Source: Aplysia californica
Taxonomy: Eukaryota
Assembly: GCF_000002075.1 (NCBI RefSeq)
Contig: NW_004797466.1
Span: forward strand, 622,381-686,380
Reading direction: 5' to 3'
Length of the DNA: 64,000 bases
Shown: piece by piece, positions 25,701 to 40,700 of the stretch
How positions within the stretch are numbered: the first letter of the stretch is position 1
Layout of the letters: each line of letters opens with the position of its first letter
The notes under the pieces: model-generated
What the model saw: the letters and a program-made list of their open reading frames with translations, nothing else
Told to the model about the DNA's origin: nothing
Database searches by the model: none
Made by a program: the position numbers and the translations under genes

Positions 25701-28700
25701 TCAACACTTCACACTTTCCACATGTTCACTTACACTGTATGAATCTCCTGCCCCTTTGTCAGCATCTCTTCCTCCACTGAAAAAAAAAAGCAAATGAAAA
25801 AATCCAGTTAAGATTATAAATACATTATAGTTGCATACTTTATTCAGTGAGAACAAAATACATGACATTTGTCCTCTCTTTTTCAACCAAACATTGAGGA
25901 CAAATTTACTACAATGAAGTTATCACAAAGCACACCTTCACAAACCAAGATTTTTGTGTGTGTGTTTAAAGAGCAAATTCTAGCGCATAAGTGCAGCATA
26001 GAACAAAGCAATATCGTTTTGCTTTCATTGATTAAAAAGGGGGCTCCGAAGCTCAACAAGTGTGGTGTTCACCTGTCAATTCAGAGGGCCTCAGTTGGAC
26101 CCCACCAGCAATGGGTTTTTTTTTTCATGTTTTTCTGTACTCCCTGATCCTAGGGTAAGTAGGATAGTCAACCTAGCTTCTCAGATACGGACCCCAAAAA
26201 AGGAGGTCCTGTGAGGAAATTTCCTTTGTTAAAGATACCTCGGCACTTCTAAAATCGTAAAGAGTAGGTCCTTCAGGCCGCCATCTAATCATCTTGGCAA
26301 AATTCCTTCCCAAAACTGAAGCCACTTGAGTCAATACTAATATTAAGAGTACCTTTGAAAATAGCATGTGTCAGGCAAGGGATGATTCTATGTTCTATGT
26401 AGATAAGATGGCAAAGTACATAAAAATTAAATGCACTGTGAGATGCAGATCTTACAATCAGATACCCCCTGCACTTTAGCATGGGTACGTAGAAGAAGAG
26501 GATTTGTTTTTCTCAATTTGAAACCCCCTATCCTTGATGTCATCAAGGGTTAAGTCATCCCAAAGGTTTATGCAGCTAGAACAGAGATCAGATATTGAGA
26601 TCTGCACAAAATCAAAGCAAATCCTACACAAAAAGCCACTGTCCAGCTCTTTGACTGTTTACATTTGAAGTCATAAATCTTCAAAAATTATGTGTGTGCG
26701 CATAAAAGAGGGAGGGAGAAGGAAGAAGGGAACGTGAGAGAGATAGAGTGAGAGAGAGACTAATTCTTTACCCAGGAATTGACTTGCGAACAGGAATGTA
26801 GGTGGCCCTCATGATATTGATAAGGATCTTGACATCCTTGCCATCCAGGGCTTGGGCAGTGACTTTCTTTCTCTCTTTCCGGATAGGCCGTAAGGGACGT
26901 CTTGGTTCTGACAGACGTAACAAACTGTTTGCCAACATTCTGCAATGGTCAAGTCAATAACAAAATGTTAATAGTGCTACAATACATTCCCTATATTTCT
27001 TCATTTGCACTCTTTAAAAAGCAACAGGGCAGACATCAGTGATCTCATCTTAATTTTTTTTTAATACAACAAGTCATGATATGTGGCAGGTTCTAAAAAA
27101 TGTTAAGACAGTTTTTCTTCTTATCACTGAGATAACCATATGTTTCAAATGAAAGTTTGATGAAAAACGTTTTGTACAGATGTGTTTAGCAACTAAGCCA
27201 AATTGCAGCATGTCTGGCCAAACAAAGCCTTCATTTATTGCTACAGAGCTGAGCTCTATTCACAATTCTCAGACTGTCAAAATTGCCCAAGACGGCCACC
27301 TATTGAAGAGAAAAATGTCTGTCTTAGACAGGTGGACATCTTAAACAGTGTCACTATAATGTGAAAAAAAAAGGCAAGGGGGAAATGGGAAGTGGTCGTT
27401 TGTACAGATGATTGTCTTAAAATACAAGTGGACGTTAGAGCAGGTTCGAGTGTACTTAATCGATCTTTCCACATTTCTAGACTGTGTAATAAAATACAGG
27501 AATGGTATGAGAGGGTAGGTGTCAAGGGAAATCGCCAAATAAGCATTTGACTTGTATCCCTGATCCCTGCATAATGTACTTCTTCTAAAGGTTGTCTTGA
27601 CTGCTATATAAAATATTATAAGACAATGTTGGATGCCTCGATAAGCATTCTTGTTCTCATGCAAAATGCACCCCAATCCTAAATAAAGCTATTAACCATT
27701 AACCATTAACAGTCTCGTATGACCCTTCTCATAAAGAGAATCCAACACCCATGGGTGGTTGCTCTGGGCCAAACCCAGTCATGTACAACTTTTGTGGCAA
27801 AGGGTGCACACTGTCATACCTACTTCTAGACTCAGATAGTTGAGTACCATCCCAACTAGCAAGTAAGCTGTATGCTTCACGAGAAGTTGAGATTGTTGCA
27901 GAATGTTGTTAGATCTGTTGAGGTAATAATGTAGATTGTAAAGTGCACAGAGCTTGCTGTTCAGAGGGAAGTCGTGCTATACAAATCAACTGCTCAGAGT
28001 AAGACTTCATTATACATGGCTTTTCAAATTGGTTTGTGGTGGTGTTTTACACTAAGTAGTTGAAATGCAATTTATCATCATTACAAGCTTCTCGAATAAC
28101 TCACGTGATGTTAGGAACAGTGTCCTCATTCACCATGTCCTGTAATGATTTCTGGTGTGAAGCAAACCGGTACTGCGCCATCACCCGGTCTTTAATCTGC
28201 AACAGATGCAAAGAAAAAAAATACATGACATACTGTGATAAGCAATGATATAAAGACTGGAAATGTTCACTATCTCTTTCATTTTCTCTGCCTATCTTTT
28301 TCACACTCTCTCAAAGATGAAAAGGAATTTGGTTCGAAAAAATGTTCAGGGTTTATCAAACTAGTGTAAATACATACAAAAGGGTTCACTTCTCTATCTG
28401 AACAGCCAAAAGCATGCGTTTTAAATTTGGCATTAGCAACATCTATAACATAAGTGAGCATTTGATACTATTATTAGAGAGTGCAATATCTTGTATGTAA
28501 ATAGTAGGAGAAGTGCCATTCCTTTTGGAATGCATACATCTATTGCTACTTTGAAATAATAAAGGGTATTTATTCTTGTGGTGAATTTGGGGAGGGTCTA
28601 AAGGTTAGAGAAAATAAGGATGGTGCACAATGACGGCAGGGAGAGGTGAATTTTACTTTTTTAAATTGGTGCAAAAAGTAACTTATGTTCCTCTTAAACC

Positions 28701-31700
28701 ATAATGTAAGAGTGTCTTACCTTTTGCAGATACTGGTTGACTTGTGCGCGGTGTTGGTCCAGATCACCCTTGCTGGGCGGCAACTGAGTGTCCTCTCTGC
28801 GTTTTTTGTCATACTCCTATAAAACACAACAAAAATGTTCTTGAATAAAAGGTGCGACTTTACAAGGCTGTAGTAAAAAAAAATATTTGCTGGTTTTGGC
28901 TTTCATGCGTTCATCCACCTCTGTTAGAGCAAAATATTGTGGTAAAATTTTTTTGGCCTGCAACAAAGTCATTCACATTTATCAACAACAGCCATTAAAC
29001 AACTTTTGGGGACCACAAAATGTGCCCTGTGCATCTGTACTAAGAATGAAGCACAATAATTAACATATTTATTTTTAAAAAGCGATAAAATCACAGTTGT
29101 CATCTCAGCACCATGCAAATGAACAAATGAATGAAAATCAGACTATGACATTCATATCATGTACAAGAAAATCACTGGCTCAAGTTACAAAAAAGCAAAC
29201 GATGATGAAGAAAAGTAGAGTCTGGTGTATCTGAAATAAACCCCAACGGACAACAACTCATAAATTACATTTGACAACAATACAATAAATGCATACAGAA
29301 GAAAAGCATTTACAGTTGTTCTTTACAAGTAATGTTCCTGTAAAGCCTAATCCAAACAAACTTTTGAAAAGAGAAACCTTCTCCTGAGAGATACAGAATT
29401 AAACTGATAGTTTCGGTCTCACGATTACTGTAAAGAAGATGTTAGTGAAATTATCAGCTGCATGTATACAAAATACCATTTTGAAGGGAGTGACCCAACA
29501 GCAGGATGACAGACTGAGAGGAAACATTCTAGAAGAATACAGAAAATCTTCACCTTTCTTTGACTAACACTTTAAACTGTCAAAGAAAACAAACCAAACT
29601 GCACCACAGAAGCTGTGAAAAGCGTCTGTTTTGATTCAATAAGTGTCACGACGTAGTGGAATCAGGCGCTCGTCAATTTTCGGTCATGTGGAGTTATTGG
29701 TAATATCTCAAAGGTTATTCATTTGCCCCCTTCTTTCGAGGAAATAAACGTCCATTTATCAGGAATGAAAGTCGTGATTTTTGCGATTGAAGGAGGTGGG
29801 GTTGCCTAGTTTCAGAATAAAAATTAGAGAGAAAATGGCCGCCAAAGTTTGGTGACTTCCATCGCTTAAGAGTCTTTGCAAACTGCATATTAAAATCTTT
29901 TGTGCCCCTAATCAACGTTTTTCAATAACATCCACAAATAAAGGTGTTTTTGAACGGGCATACAAGATGTTGAGTCAAAAAACAAAAATTCTAAAAAAAT
30001 GTCCAAACTGACCGATAAATGCCGATTTCTCGGATTTTAATATTTTGACGAGCACCTGATTTCACCAAGATGCCTCACATATGAAAAATAAAAGTAACTA
30101 CACAAGATGATAAGAAGTAATTGTATGAGATGAGACAAAAGGTAATCAGACGAAAAAGACAAAAAGTAAGTGAATGACATTAGACAAGAATCAACCAACC
30201 AAGAGAGCACAAAGTGTAATTATATGAAAGAAGACAAGCAGTAATAATACAAAATAAGATCAGAAGTAACTGAATATATGACATAAAACAAGAAGAATGT
30301 ACACGAAATATGAGACTCACCTTGAAAATATCGCGAGGCAGCTCTTTCTCGAGCGGCGGGATCATCTGGTATCCCTTGAATATGGGATGCTCCTCGTCGC
30401 GCAGGGCGATCATGCGGAACCGCTGGTTGTTCTCTATCTCCTCCAGTGTGGCCAAGTCAAACTCTTGTTGCATGGGCTCCAGGCGGAAGTACTCCCTCGG
30501 CTGCAGCAGACTCTGGTCGTTGCCCTGGAGGGGAGAAAGTTCAATCGAAAAATTAGAAATTAAAATATACGAGCCTTCGCCCCCCCCATCGACACAAATT
30601 AGATTATTTACGAAGCGGGCTTCCGACTTTACCAGTCAGGGCCAACCTGAGCTGAGAGGGATACAACATCCCAGGAGGAAGACCAAGGTACTCGATATAA
30701 TTTTCTCCCCACCCAGGATTTGAACTCAGGTCTTCTGCTTGTGACAGAGAAGTACCACACTGCTACACCATATAGCTAGTAGTCAGAAGATTGCCAACTG
30801 CTACAGGTGCTGGTTAGTCTAGAGTAAGGGAGTGTGTCTCTCAGGCCAATGTGCTCGGTTCAAGCATGTATGATCACAGAACTGTTCTCTCTCTCATATT
30901 TTCTAAACCCTTAATCCCAATATAAATGGGACCTGCCATCTCTTCTCTCTCCCTCATCCTTTCTCTCCCTGTCGCTGTACCTCTCTTCTGCCTCTCACTG
31001 TCCCTCTCTCTACCGCTCTCTGTCTTTCTTCCTCCTCCCCCCGTCCTCTTGGATAAAATCTTACAACTAAGATGGTGCAAGTTGATAAAAACTTTCATAA
31101 CAGAAGGTTGAAAAAGTGCAGGCCATCAAAGGCAAGTTGCCCAGGCTAAAATTCCAACTTAATTCCTATACAAAACTGACAAAATTTTGGAGAGAGCAAA
31201 CAATTTGCATTACCCTTGAAGCAGACATAAGGCTGTCCAAAAAGCAATATACCATACTCTGATGCTAGGTTTGAGTTCAATATCCAACCAGAAATTTATT
31301 TCCTCAACCAAGATGCCCTACTAAACACATAATAAGAGGTTTCATCATTGTTTAAGAAAGGATCCTGGAACAATTTGAGTTGACAGGTCTCATAAGTGTC
31401 TAATGGCGTTCTCCAACTGGAAAAGGAATGGAAGATTTTTTTTAAAATTCCTTGTGACAGAAAAGATCACACAAAAGACAGAGCAATTTCATTAATATCA
31501 GCAACCAAAAGAAATTTTAAAAGCCAAGACAATAAATTTACAAATTCTAGAAGTAGTATCAAAAACATGGCAATCCATAACTGCAAGGGTGAAGCTCTAC
31601 ACAAAACTTTACAATAAAATGAACACCTAAATTCCTCGTTATGCATACCTTCTGTCTCCCCCACCAGGGCAGTGCCACTGACCGAAGTTGTCTTTTGGCC

Positions 31701-34700
31701 ATTCCCAAAGGGGGGAAATTAACATATTCTTATGCACAGAATTGTAAATGGACTAATTTATCAATGTCATGCTCGTACTGTGCCGAAACAACACACAAGG
31801 ATCTGCTGCTTTTTCTTTCCTCATCTATACTATCGTCCTTTTTCCTCTACTTCTTGAGTATGTTTGTCACTCTCTTGTGAACTGCTATTTCCGGGATGCC
31901 TTGATAGTCGAAGCAGACTTTGTGCTGTTGAGGCTAGAGAGGTGAACAGAGTAAGCCTGATTCCGCGTTTGGACTTTTCTGTTGACATCCACACCTCATA
32001 TGACTTATGCAGTTGGGAACACCGTAAAACCGTACTGAAACTAAAACTAAATTACCTTCAGCACATAGTTATGCTTTCTTAATTAACACATGTCTGACAC
32101 GTAAAATTTATTACATCATCATTTCCGCAGCTGACAAAGGAACACGGCACCAAGAAATAAACCAAGCAACACGAGGGAAGAGTAAAGCAACAAATGGAGA
32201 AAGAAAAAAACAAACATAGAAAAACATTTGTGAGACTTACACTCAGCATGTAGACAATGTCTTTGTTGTTGGGGTCGTTTGGATCAAGTTTGGACTCTTT
32301 GAACCACTGAAGCAGCTTTTCCAGGTTGGCAACCCCGCTGGCTCCGATGGCAGCGAAAGGATCCAACCGTTTCATGTGCCTGTTCATAGGGTGCAGATAA
32401 TGGGAAAACATGGGGTCACCACATTTCATATGAATTTGTTTCAGTTAATGAGAAGCATACAGCCATAAAGGATATTCACTTGCGGGGAAAAAGTAAGAAG
32501 TCAAAACAAAATGAGAGGCAAATGGTAAAAAAGAAAAATCGACCAGAGGCAGCCTCCAACCGTCCACTTGATAATGAATGTTCTACAAAGATAATAACAG
32601 CGGATTGCATTTTTGTAGCCATCCCAGTATAAGCTCTGAGCATTTTATCCCAATGACATGATCACTGAGAGTAAAACCTCAAACACACAAGGAAAAATCA
32701 TTTCATATAAACAAGAAAACCAGTTCAACCACATAAGGAAGAACTTTCTCAGCCATATGTTAGTTATGTGTACATAACAGCAGATTGCATTTATGTAGTG
32801 CCCCATCCCATACCAGTACAAGCACTGAGCATTCCACATCAATGACATGATCACAGGGACTAAAACCTCAAACACACAAGAAAAATAATTTCATATAAAC
32901 AAAACAACCAACTAAACCATATTATGAAGCATTTTCTTAGTCATACATTAATTATGTGTACAAAGTGACAGCAGTGAACCCCCCCCCCCCCAAACAAACA
33001 ACCAAAAAACATTAGCACCTGGTAACACACTCCAACAAAAACAAATTACTTTATGTTGGCCTACTGTTGACCCGAGGCTCAACCAGTGTATGACTTACAT
33101 GGCCGCCTGAAAGCCAACCCCGAACTTCTCTGTGGGTACCAGAGGTAAACCGTCATCTCCCACGGCCCAGGCAACGCTTGAGTTGAGCACACCAGAGGTC
33201 ATCAGGGTCACGAGGTCAGGGACATGACCTTCAAATTTGAATGCAACACCTGGAAGAAAGCAATGTAGAGTGAAATAACCACAATAAAATGCATAAATAT
33301 TTGTCTATTCATTTCATCATGGATACATTTACTACAAGATTTCTCAGTAACTCCTTGCTTAAACTGAACCAGATTTTTATCTATATTTATTTTGTCATAT
33401 GGCGTTAATAAGATGGTTTTTACATAGACAGTTCCACTGTCTCTTGAACAAAAGCATTACAGCTACAGTTGAGTTATCTTCGTAAACAATTTTTTATTTT
33501 AAGCCATAAGAAGCAGTTTTTAACAGTGAATTTTATTCTGAGCTATAGAGTCATGCAATCTAGTGGGGGGATCATTTAAGACAAGGAGGCTGTTCAAAAG
33601 CACTCATAGCTTGTAGGGCATGAAAGCTCACTTTTTAATCCTTTTCCCCATTTTCTTGAACAGAAAAGCTCAGCAAGCTGCATACAAATTTGTCTGTTGA
33701 ACATGACTTAAGTTTAAGGTTTTGAATCCAAACATTTATGAACATGAGTAAGAGACATAGTGGTCATGGTACACATTCTACAGGTTAAAATGTAGGCCTA
33801 TAAAACATCACGATTTGGTCATAAATAGCCCCAAGTATCTCAAAAGATGCTTTTTCTCCTGAACAGAATGTAATAATTTTCCACTGAAATTCTCTCAGTT
33901 TCTGTATGATGATGTAAGAGAAAAAAAGACTTTCTGTGAATATCATCATATCAGAGTGAAACCCCCATACTATCTATCTTACAATTAGCAGACAGATGCA
34001 ACAAAACAATAATTTTAATTCCCATAAACTTTGAACTGAATATGACTTGACCCTGCAAAGACGTGAAAACATTATAGAATGCCTGAGGCATGACATATGA
34101 AGAAAAATACATACAGAGTTACTTTACTCAACCTCGAAGCTGAGAATACAGCTTGCTTATGGGCGGGAATGCTATTCATTATTTATTTTATTACTATTAT
34201 TAATCACTTCTTACCGCTGCCCACCCCTTCATGACTGAATTGAATCTTCTCATAGGAACTGAACTCCACATTTTCAAGCGCGACGCTCTGTGATGTCACC
34301 GAAGACTCTGGGATAGGTGCAAATAGCTCAGCCAACTGCCTGCCACTTCCAAAGCCTGCTGTCTCATAGATCTGCCACAGACAATGGAAAAGATAATGCC
34401 ATGAACATTTCAGGCAATAACCAATTCCTGAACATTTGTAAAATACATTACAAATACCACAGCGGTCTTTTTTATTTTCTTATGCTGAGAAGGAAAATGA
34501 ATGGTGAAACAAGTAAAATCAATAAACTGTAAGGCCCGCATCCAGCCCAACAAACAATTAAATCCAGCCTGTGAGACAATTTTAGGGAATCCATCCAGAG
34601 ATTCAATTTAACACAGAACTTTACTCCAGTCACAAACAAACTTGTTGCCAAGAAAAGATTTCAAACATCTATCCAGCTCTGACAAAATGGCATCACAGCA

Positions 34701-37700
34701 AAAATTAGTATGCCTTGATTTGTTATCATTTTAACTTNNNNNNNNNNNNNNNNNNNNNNNNNNNNNNNNNNNNNNNNNNNNNNNNNNNNNNNNNNNNNNN
34801 NNNNNNNNNNNNNNNNNNNNNNNNNNNNNNNNNNNNNCTTCTTACCGCTGCCCACCCCTTCATGACTGAATTGAATCTTCTCATAGGAACTGAACTCCAC
34901 ATTTTCAAGCGCGACGCTCTGTGATGTCACCGAAGACTCTGGGATAGGTGCAAATAGCTCAGCCAACTGCCTGCCACTTCCAAAGCCTGCTGTCTCATAG
35001 ATCTGCCACAGACAATGGAAAAGATAATGCCATGAACATTTCAGGCAATAACCAATTCCTGAACATTTGTAAAATACATTACAAATACCACAGCGGTCTT
35101 TTTTATTTTCTTATGCTGAGAAGGAAAATGAATGGTGAAACAAGTAAAATCAATAAACTGTAAGGCCCGCATCCAGCCCAACAAACAATTAAATCCAGCC
35201 TGTGAGACAATTTTAGGGAATCCATCCAGAGATTCAATTTAACACAGAACTTTACTCCAGTCACAAACAAACTTGTTGCCAAGAAAAGATGCAAAACATC
35301 CATCCAGCTCTGACATACTGGCATAAGAGCAAAAATTGGTTTGCCTTGATTTGTTATCCTTTTAAGTTTTGTATGTTTTAATTCATATCATTACTACTGC
35401 TTAAAAAGAGGTTTCGTTTTTCCACCGCTAAGTGAGTGTTGATCCAGTTCGGCCTACAAACTTAGTAGTATATGAGTTTGGCCCCTATGCAATTGAGTTT
35501 GACACCCCTGCCGTAAGATACAACAGTCAGAAACTCAACATATCTTAAAATTACAATACAGTTCTGGTGTTGAAAAATATCAAACACATTTACTTGCCAC
35601 AAATGCAGCTTAGGTAGCTTTTAGAAAAACTCTAACATAAAAACATGACAATGCTGTGATGCACAAAGAAATGGAGATATTAACAATTATTCTGCAAGGG
35701 CTAAAACAAATAGCTTTGTAATCATATTCGTTAAAACTGTCAGATTTCACAACTGCATAGAAGACTATATGATTAGATTATACTTCTTTACATACCTTAT
35801 GAGTCAATGCTAATCTTTAACAGACATTACCTCAAATACATGGTTCATTGTTAACAGATGTCCTTTAGCAAATTGTGTCTATTATTATAAGTATATTTAA
35901 ATACCAGACAAAGAATAAAAGAACTATATATTCAATGTTATGCAAACAAGATATAACAGAAACCAATGCAATTTCAGTAACAAATTCCTAATGATGCGTA
36001 CTGAGCAAATAAAACACAAACAGCATACTCACTTCAAACTTGATACTCTCTGGCCATTCAACAATTTTCAGATTGTAAATCTGACCAAAGTTGACTCTGA
36101 AGTCTTGAGACAAAGGACTGAAACGAGAAGGAATAGAAAGCATTGTCAATATCAGACTGTCTGGGCTAAAACGGTAAACTGATTGACTTTCTCAAACAAT
36201 GTTTGCACGGGATGCATGGTAGACCTTAATGATTGAGTACTTTAAAAAAGTGGCCAACAAAGAGCCAGAGTTATTCAGAATAAAGTTCTCCACTTTAAAT
36301 TAATTTAGCAAATAAAAAACAGCAAAACATTTTTAAAAATCTATGTCTAAGTTTCTAAAGTGACAGCATACAGTCCTCTATAATAAAACAGACCACAAAA
36401 TTTGCATGAATACTAGCTTGGTACAGCAAAGCAATGCTAACATGACTAACAATAGGCATTTGTGAAACAATGTTCCAACAATACGCAAGAGCACAAATAT
36501 TGCTCAAGTTCAGAAGAAAGTTTACAATAAATCTGAAAAATAAAGGGAGCATTTTGCCACAGACGGATTAGAGTCATAGGAATGTTGATAAGCAAAAAGG
36601 AACAAATGAAAAAATCCCAGCATAGAAATTTGGGTTAAAATGCATAAAATAATAATTTAAGGGATGCATGCTACACAATAAAACACTTAAACTGACAATA
36701 TTTCAAAACAACCCATTGCTTGCCTGTATCCATTTACTGAACTGAGGAAAATAAGGTACTTTTTCTAAGGATGCAACACCCTATATGACACAGCTGGGAA
36801 TTGAACACACAACTTTTTAATGACAAGCTCAATGCCTTACCATTTGACAATGATAATTTCCCCCTTACAACCGCCCTCCATCCCCCCCCCAAAAATGAAA
36901 CAAAAACAACAAAATCCAACCTCATTAACGTTATGAAAAAATAAAAAACAACTATCAAAGTGACAAAAGAACCAAACATTAAAACCTATAAGAACTTTAA
37001 TTTAAAACTGTAAACAATTAAAACAAAGTACCTTGATCCAGTGCGAGACACTTCCTTCCCATTGAAGAGAATCTTGACATAGACTTTGCTCTTTGAGACA
37101 TCGTCTCTTCTCTGCTGCTCTCCTCTACATAAAGCAAAACAAAGTCAACTGTACCACACCATCACCAAAGACAAAAAGGAAACCACATAACAGCATAAAC
37201 AAAGAAAAACATAACAAGCATTTCATTCAGAAGAAACACTATTAAAATTTGGACAAGTTACTCTCAGAAAATTTGTAGTTAGATAGATGCTCATGTGTTT
37301 CATTTGCTACAGAGTACCACCGCAATCTTTTAATCTTTTCAATTCTTTTTTTCCACAATCAAACCCCGCAGTAAAATCCCCCATCTTTAAAATGACTGCT
37401 CCCTTTTTTTTGTTCTGTGTTCATTCTTAAACAAAACAAATTATGCCATCTGAACCTCATAAAGTAATGAAATAGAGAAAAACAAGCTTATGGACTTGCA
37501 GACATTTTAGCAGTCAAAAATCACACTTCAAGAGCTGTTTCCACTTTTTTATTAAAAGAATGTTTCTTTTGTATTCTAGATGCTACTGTCCTAAACACCT
37601 TTTCTCCATCTGCCTTGGAGGAGTCATGAGGTGAGCACCTAAACTTCTTTTGTCCGACAAGCCGTTCCCAGCGTGGTCAGAACTGCTATACCTGTCATCC

Positions 37701-40700
37701 GTGGGCAGTGGCTCGGGCACATCCCTTTATGACAACTTTGATATCAAATTACTTTTTGGCAACTGCTGAAAACAGGTCTCTTACTGGGAGTTCATTCATT
37801 AGAAGAACTATTGAAATAGGTTCACTTGTTTTGATTTAATGAATAATTTAGTGATGTATATGTAAATTTTATATTTCGTACCATAAGAGGGCCCTGGCAC
37901 AGTGGGTTTACCCCCCTTGGAGATAAAGAGTTAATCCTGCTCACAAATAGAGATAGACAAAGCTCTTGACGATAACTCTTTGAAGGACACACCTGCACCT
38001 GAAGGGTGTTAAACTCAAACCAAAACCAAATCAAAGGAAACTCAGTTTTCAGTTGAACGTACCTTGAGCACTGACTGGATGGTGTAACTGTTGCCGTGTT
38101 GGACATCTCTGGAAACAGTTTAGCCTCACCTGGTCAACAAACATGAGGCATTTGTAAATGACTGTTTCGTCCTCACTGTAAGGGCCCTTGCCTATTTCCT
38201 TCTGTTCATATAGCCACATATGAGAAGTTAGTAAAGTTGAACCCTCTCTAAGGGCTACCAGTCAAAGACAATCACCTGTACAAATAACCAATTCCTGCTT
38301 CCCCCCTCACATTTTTCTTTACATTATAATGACACTGTTCAAAATATCTCCCTGTTGAAGACAACCACTTTTCTCCTTGACAATGGGTAACTGTCTTGGA
38401 CAATTTTGACTTTTCTCGGGAATTGGAAGACACAGAATATGTAAATGACAACAGTACAGTGTTCCTCGCCATAGAACTGGCCACTGGGACCACCAGGAGG
38501 CCTAAAATATTTTGCTCATATTGGGTTTTCAAGGAGGAAGTTAAGGGTCACCACAAAGCTTCTACTGGTTGCCACCCTTGTTGGTTCATAGCAATGATCA
38601 TACATAACAAGACAGTCCACTCAGCCAACAAAGTGTCTGCCGGAAGTCCGCGCAACGGCTCAGATGGCGCTGAAGTCTTTGTTTTGAAGCTCTCTTTTGT
38701 TTCTCAAGAAGAAGAATAGGAATAGCAGCTCCTTGCGTGCGCAGATCGACTGCTGTTCATCAGCAGTTCGGGTTCGTTCAGTGAGGAGTATTAGGGTTTT
38801 AAAAAATTTTAATGACCTCTCGCATCTCATTCTAAAGTCAAATTAAATGAAGAAAGCAGTCGCCTATTCCTCCGGAAGGGGTTTTTTGTCAACGTAACGA
38901 TGTAAAAAAGCGTTCTTCCGAAATTTGAATTCTGATTTATAAAAAAAACTTGTTAGTTTCACTTTGATTTTTTCCACACAGGTAGGGTAACTCTGTTCGC
39001 AAAGGGTGCGCATTTGTGAGGAAGGCGCCATCGAATTTTGAGGACATTTTTTTAATTGGCTAAAAGAGAGGAGTAGACCATCTTGTTATGTATGATCATT
39101 GTTCATAGTTGAAATATGACCTGCAGGTGATTCTTATGTGCTTTGGTGGGTTTCTTTTAACATAATGGGTAGAGCAGATGAAAACAACTTTATGACAGAC
39201 CAAACCACTTCTGCAGAGCTCATAGGTGGGCCTGTTCCGCTGTGCATGCTCACGGAGATTTTGCCATACTCCCACTCCCCTTTTTTCACCCTATTTCCTT
39301 TATTTATCACTAGTTAACATCATGCACAACAGTTACAGCATCATATTGCTTCTTCTGGTGATATGCTTGAAATGTGTGAAATGAGCAGGCTGAACAAGGG
39401 AGGTAATAGTGAACTATAAAAAAAGCGATGCAAAAAAAAATCTTATAAACTCTACAAATCTCTTCCAGTCTTCATGATATTCACGGCTTGGGCAACTTGA
39501 GTTCATACAATTCTTGAAAATAGTTTTTATTCAATCCATCAGCCGTAAGAAGTCAATGAGGGGCGGAATATTGTGGCAGCAATTAATGGGTTTTTTTCCA
39601 CCAGTAGTTTAGGGAAGAAAGCAGGCAAATGACTGCCATGGAACCAAACATCAACTACCTGACAGATATCTCTATTTGTCTGGTCATGTGTTTAGTCTGA
39701 ATTTTTCAGGATCCTTTTTATAAGCATAAATGGTAAGAAATTTGGAACCATTCATACTGCCGTCTTATGACAAAAAAAACGTATACATGCGTAATTAGGA
39801 AAAGTAGTATTTTTTATAGGGGAGAAACCTCTTTTCATTGCGCATCTTTCTATCTTGGTTTTATGGCTGTACAATTAAAATTAAGGAAGCTTTGAACGCG
39901 TTATGACCTTATTAGATATCAATATTGTTACAATACAAGGAATTTCAATCAGTTACTCCGTAACTATTTACGTTACACACAAAAAGTTAGGTTTTTGCCT
40001 CTCTTGTAAAATTTTATTTTTGTAATATTCGTTTTTTTGTCATAAAACGGCAGCATAGGTGTGTTTAGTCCATTACACAGAAAATATTTCCGTGATCTGG
40101 ATACACTATACAAAGCAAAATTGGTAAAAGTAAAGTATAACCTCACATGTCTTCATGCATCACGACAATCACAGCCCCCTATTTCCTTTTCCTATTAGAC
40201 ATAGTTGCAACCTAATTGCGACCTCCTCAGGGACCCCAGATGATGCACAAAATGGTCAAACAGTTCAAAATGGGAGGGCTATACTGTCCTTTGCCCGCAA
40301 AATTCATACATAGGGCACCAAGAACACCCTACCTGGGCGTCGCTTGGCAGCCATAGCTTTCGCCTTGATCTGTTCTCTTACTGCTCTCTCATCGAATGCC
40401 TCTGGAGGCTCGGGCTTTGGCAGAGGTTCTTCGTCAATGATGTCTTGGTCTTTGGCGTTTTCTTCCTGATAGACATAGATCAGAGGACTTGTTGTGTACC
40501 TTACAGATGAGCAATTACACAAGCTATTGTAGATGCCATACATTTCTTAGTAAATGTGCAGCCTTTACCCAATTTTAACAATAGAGTAACTCCTGCAACA
40601 ATAGCTTTCAAAATGTGTACATTAATTGACATCAGATACTGATGAAATTTTGCGTCTTTTCAAATAATTTATACATTAGAAAAAGCTTTTCTACAAGGCA

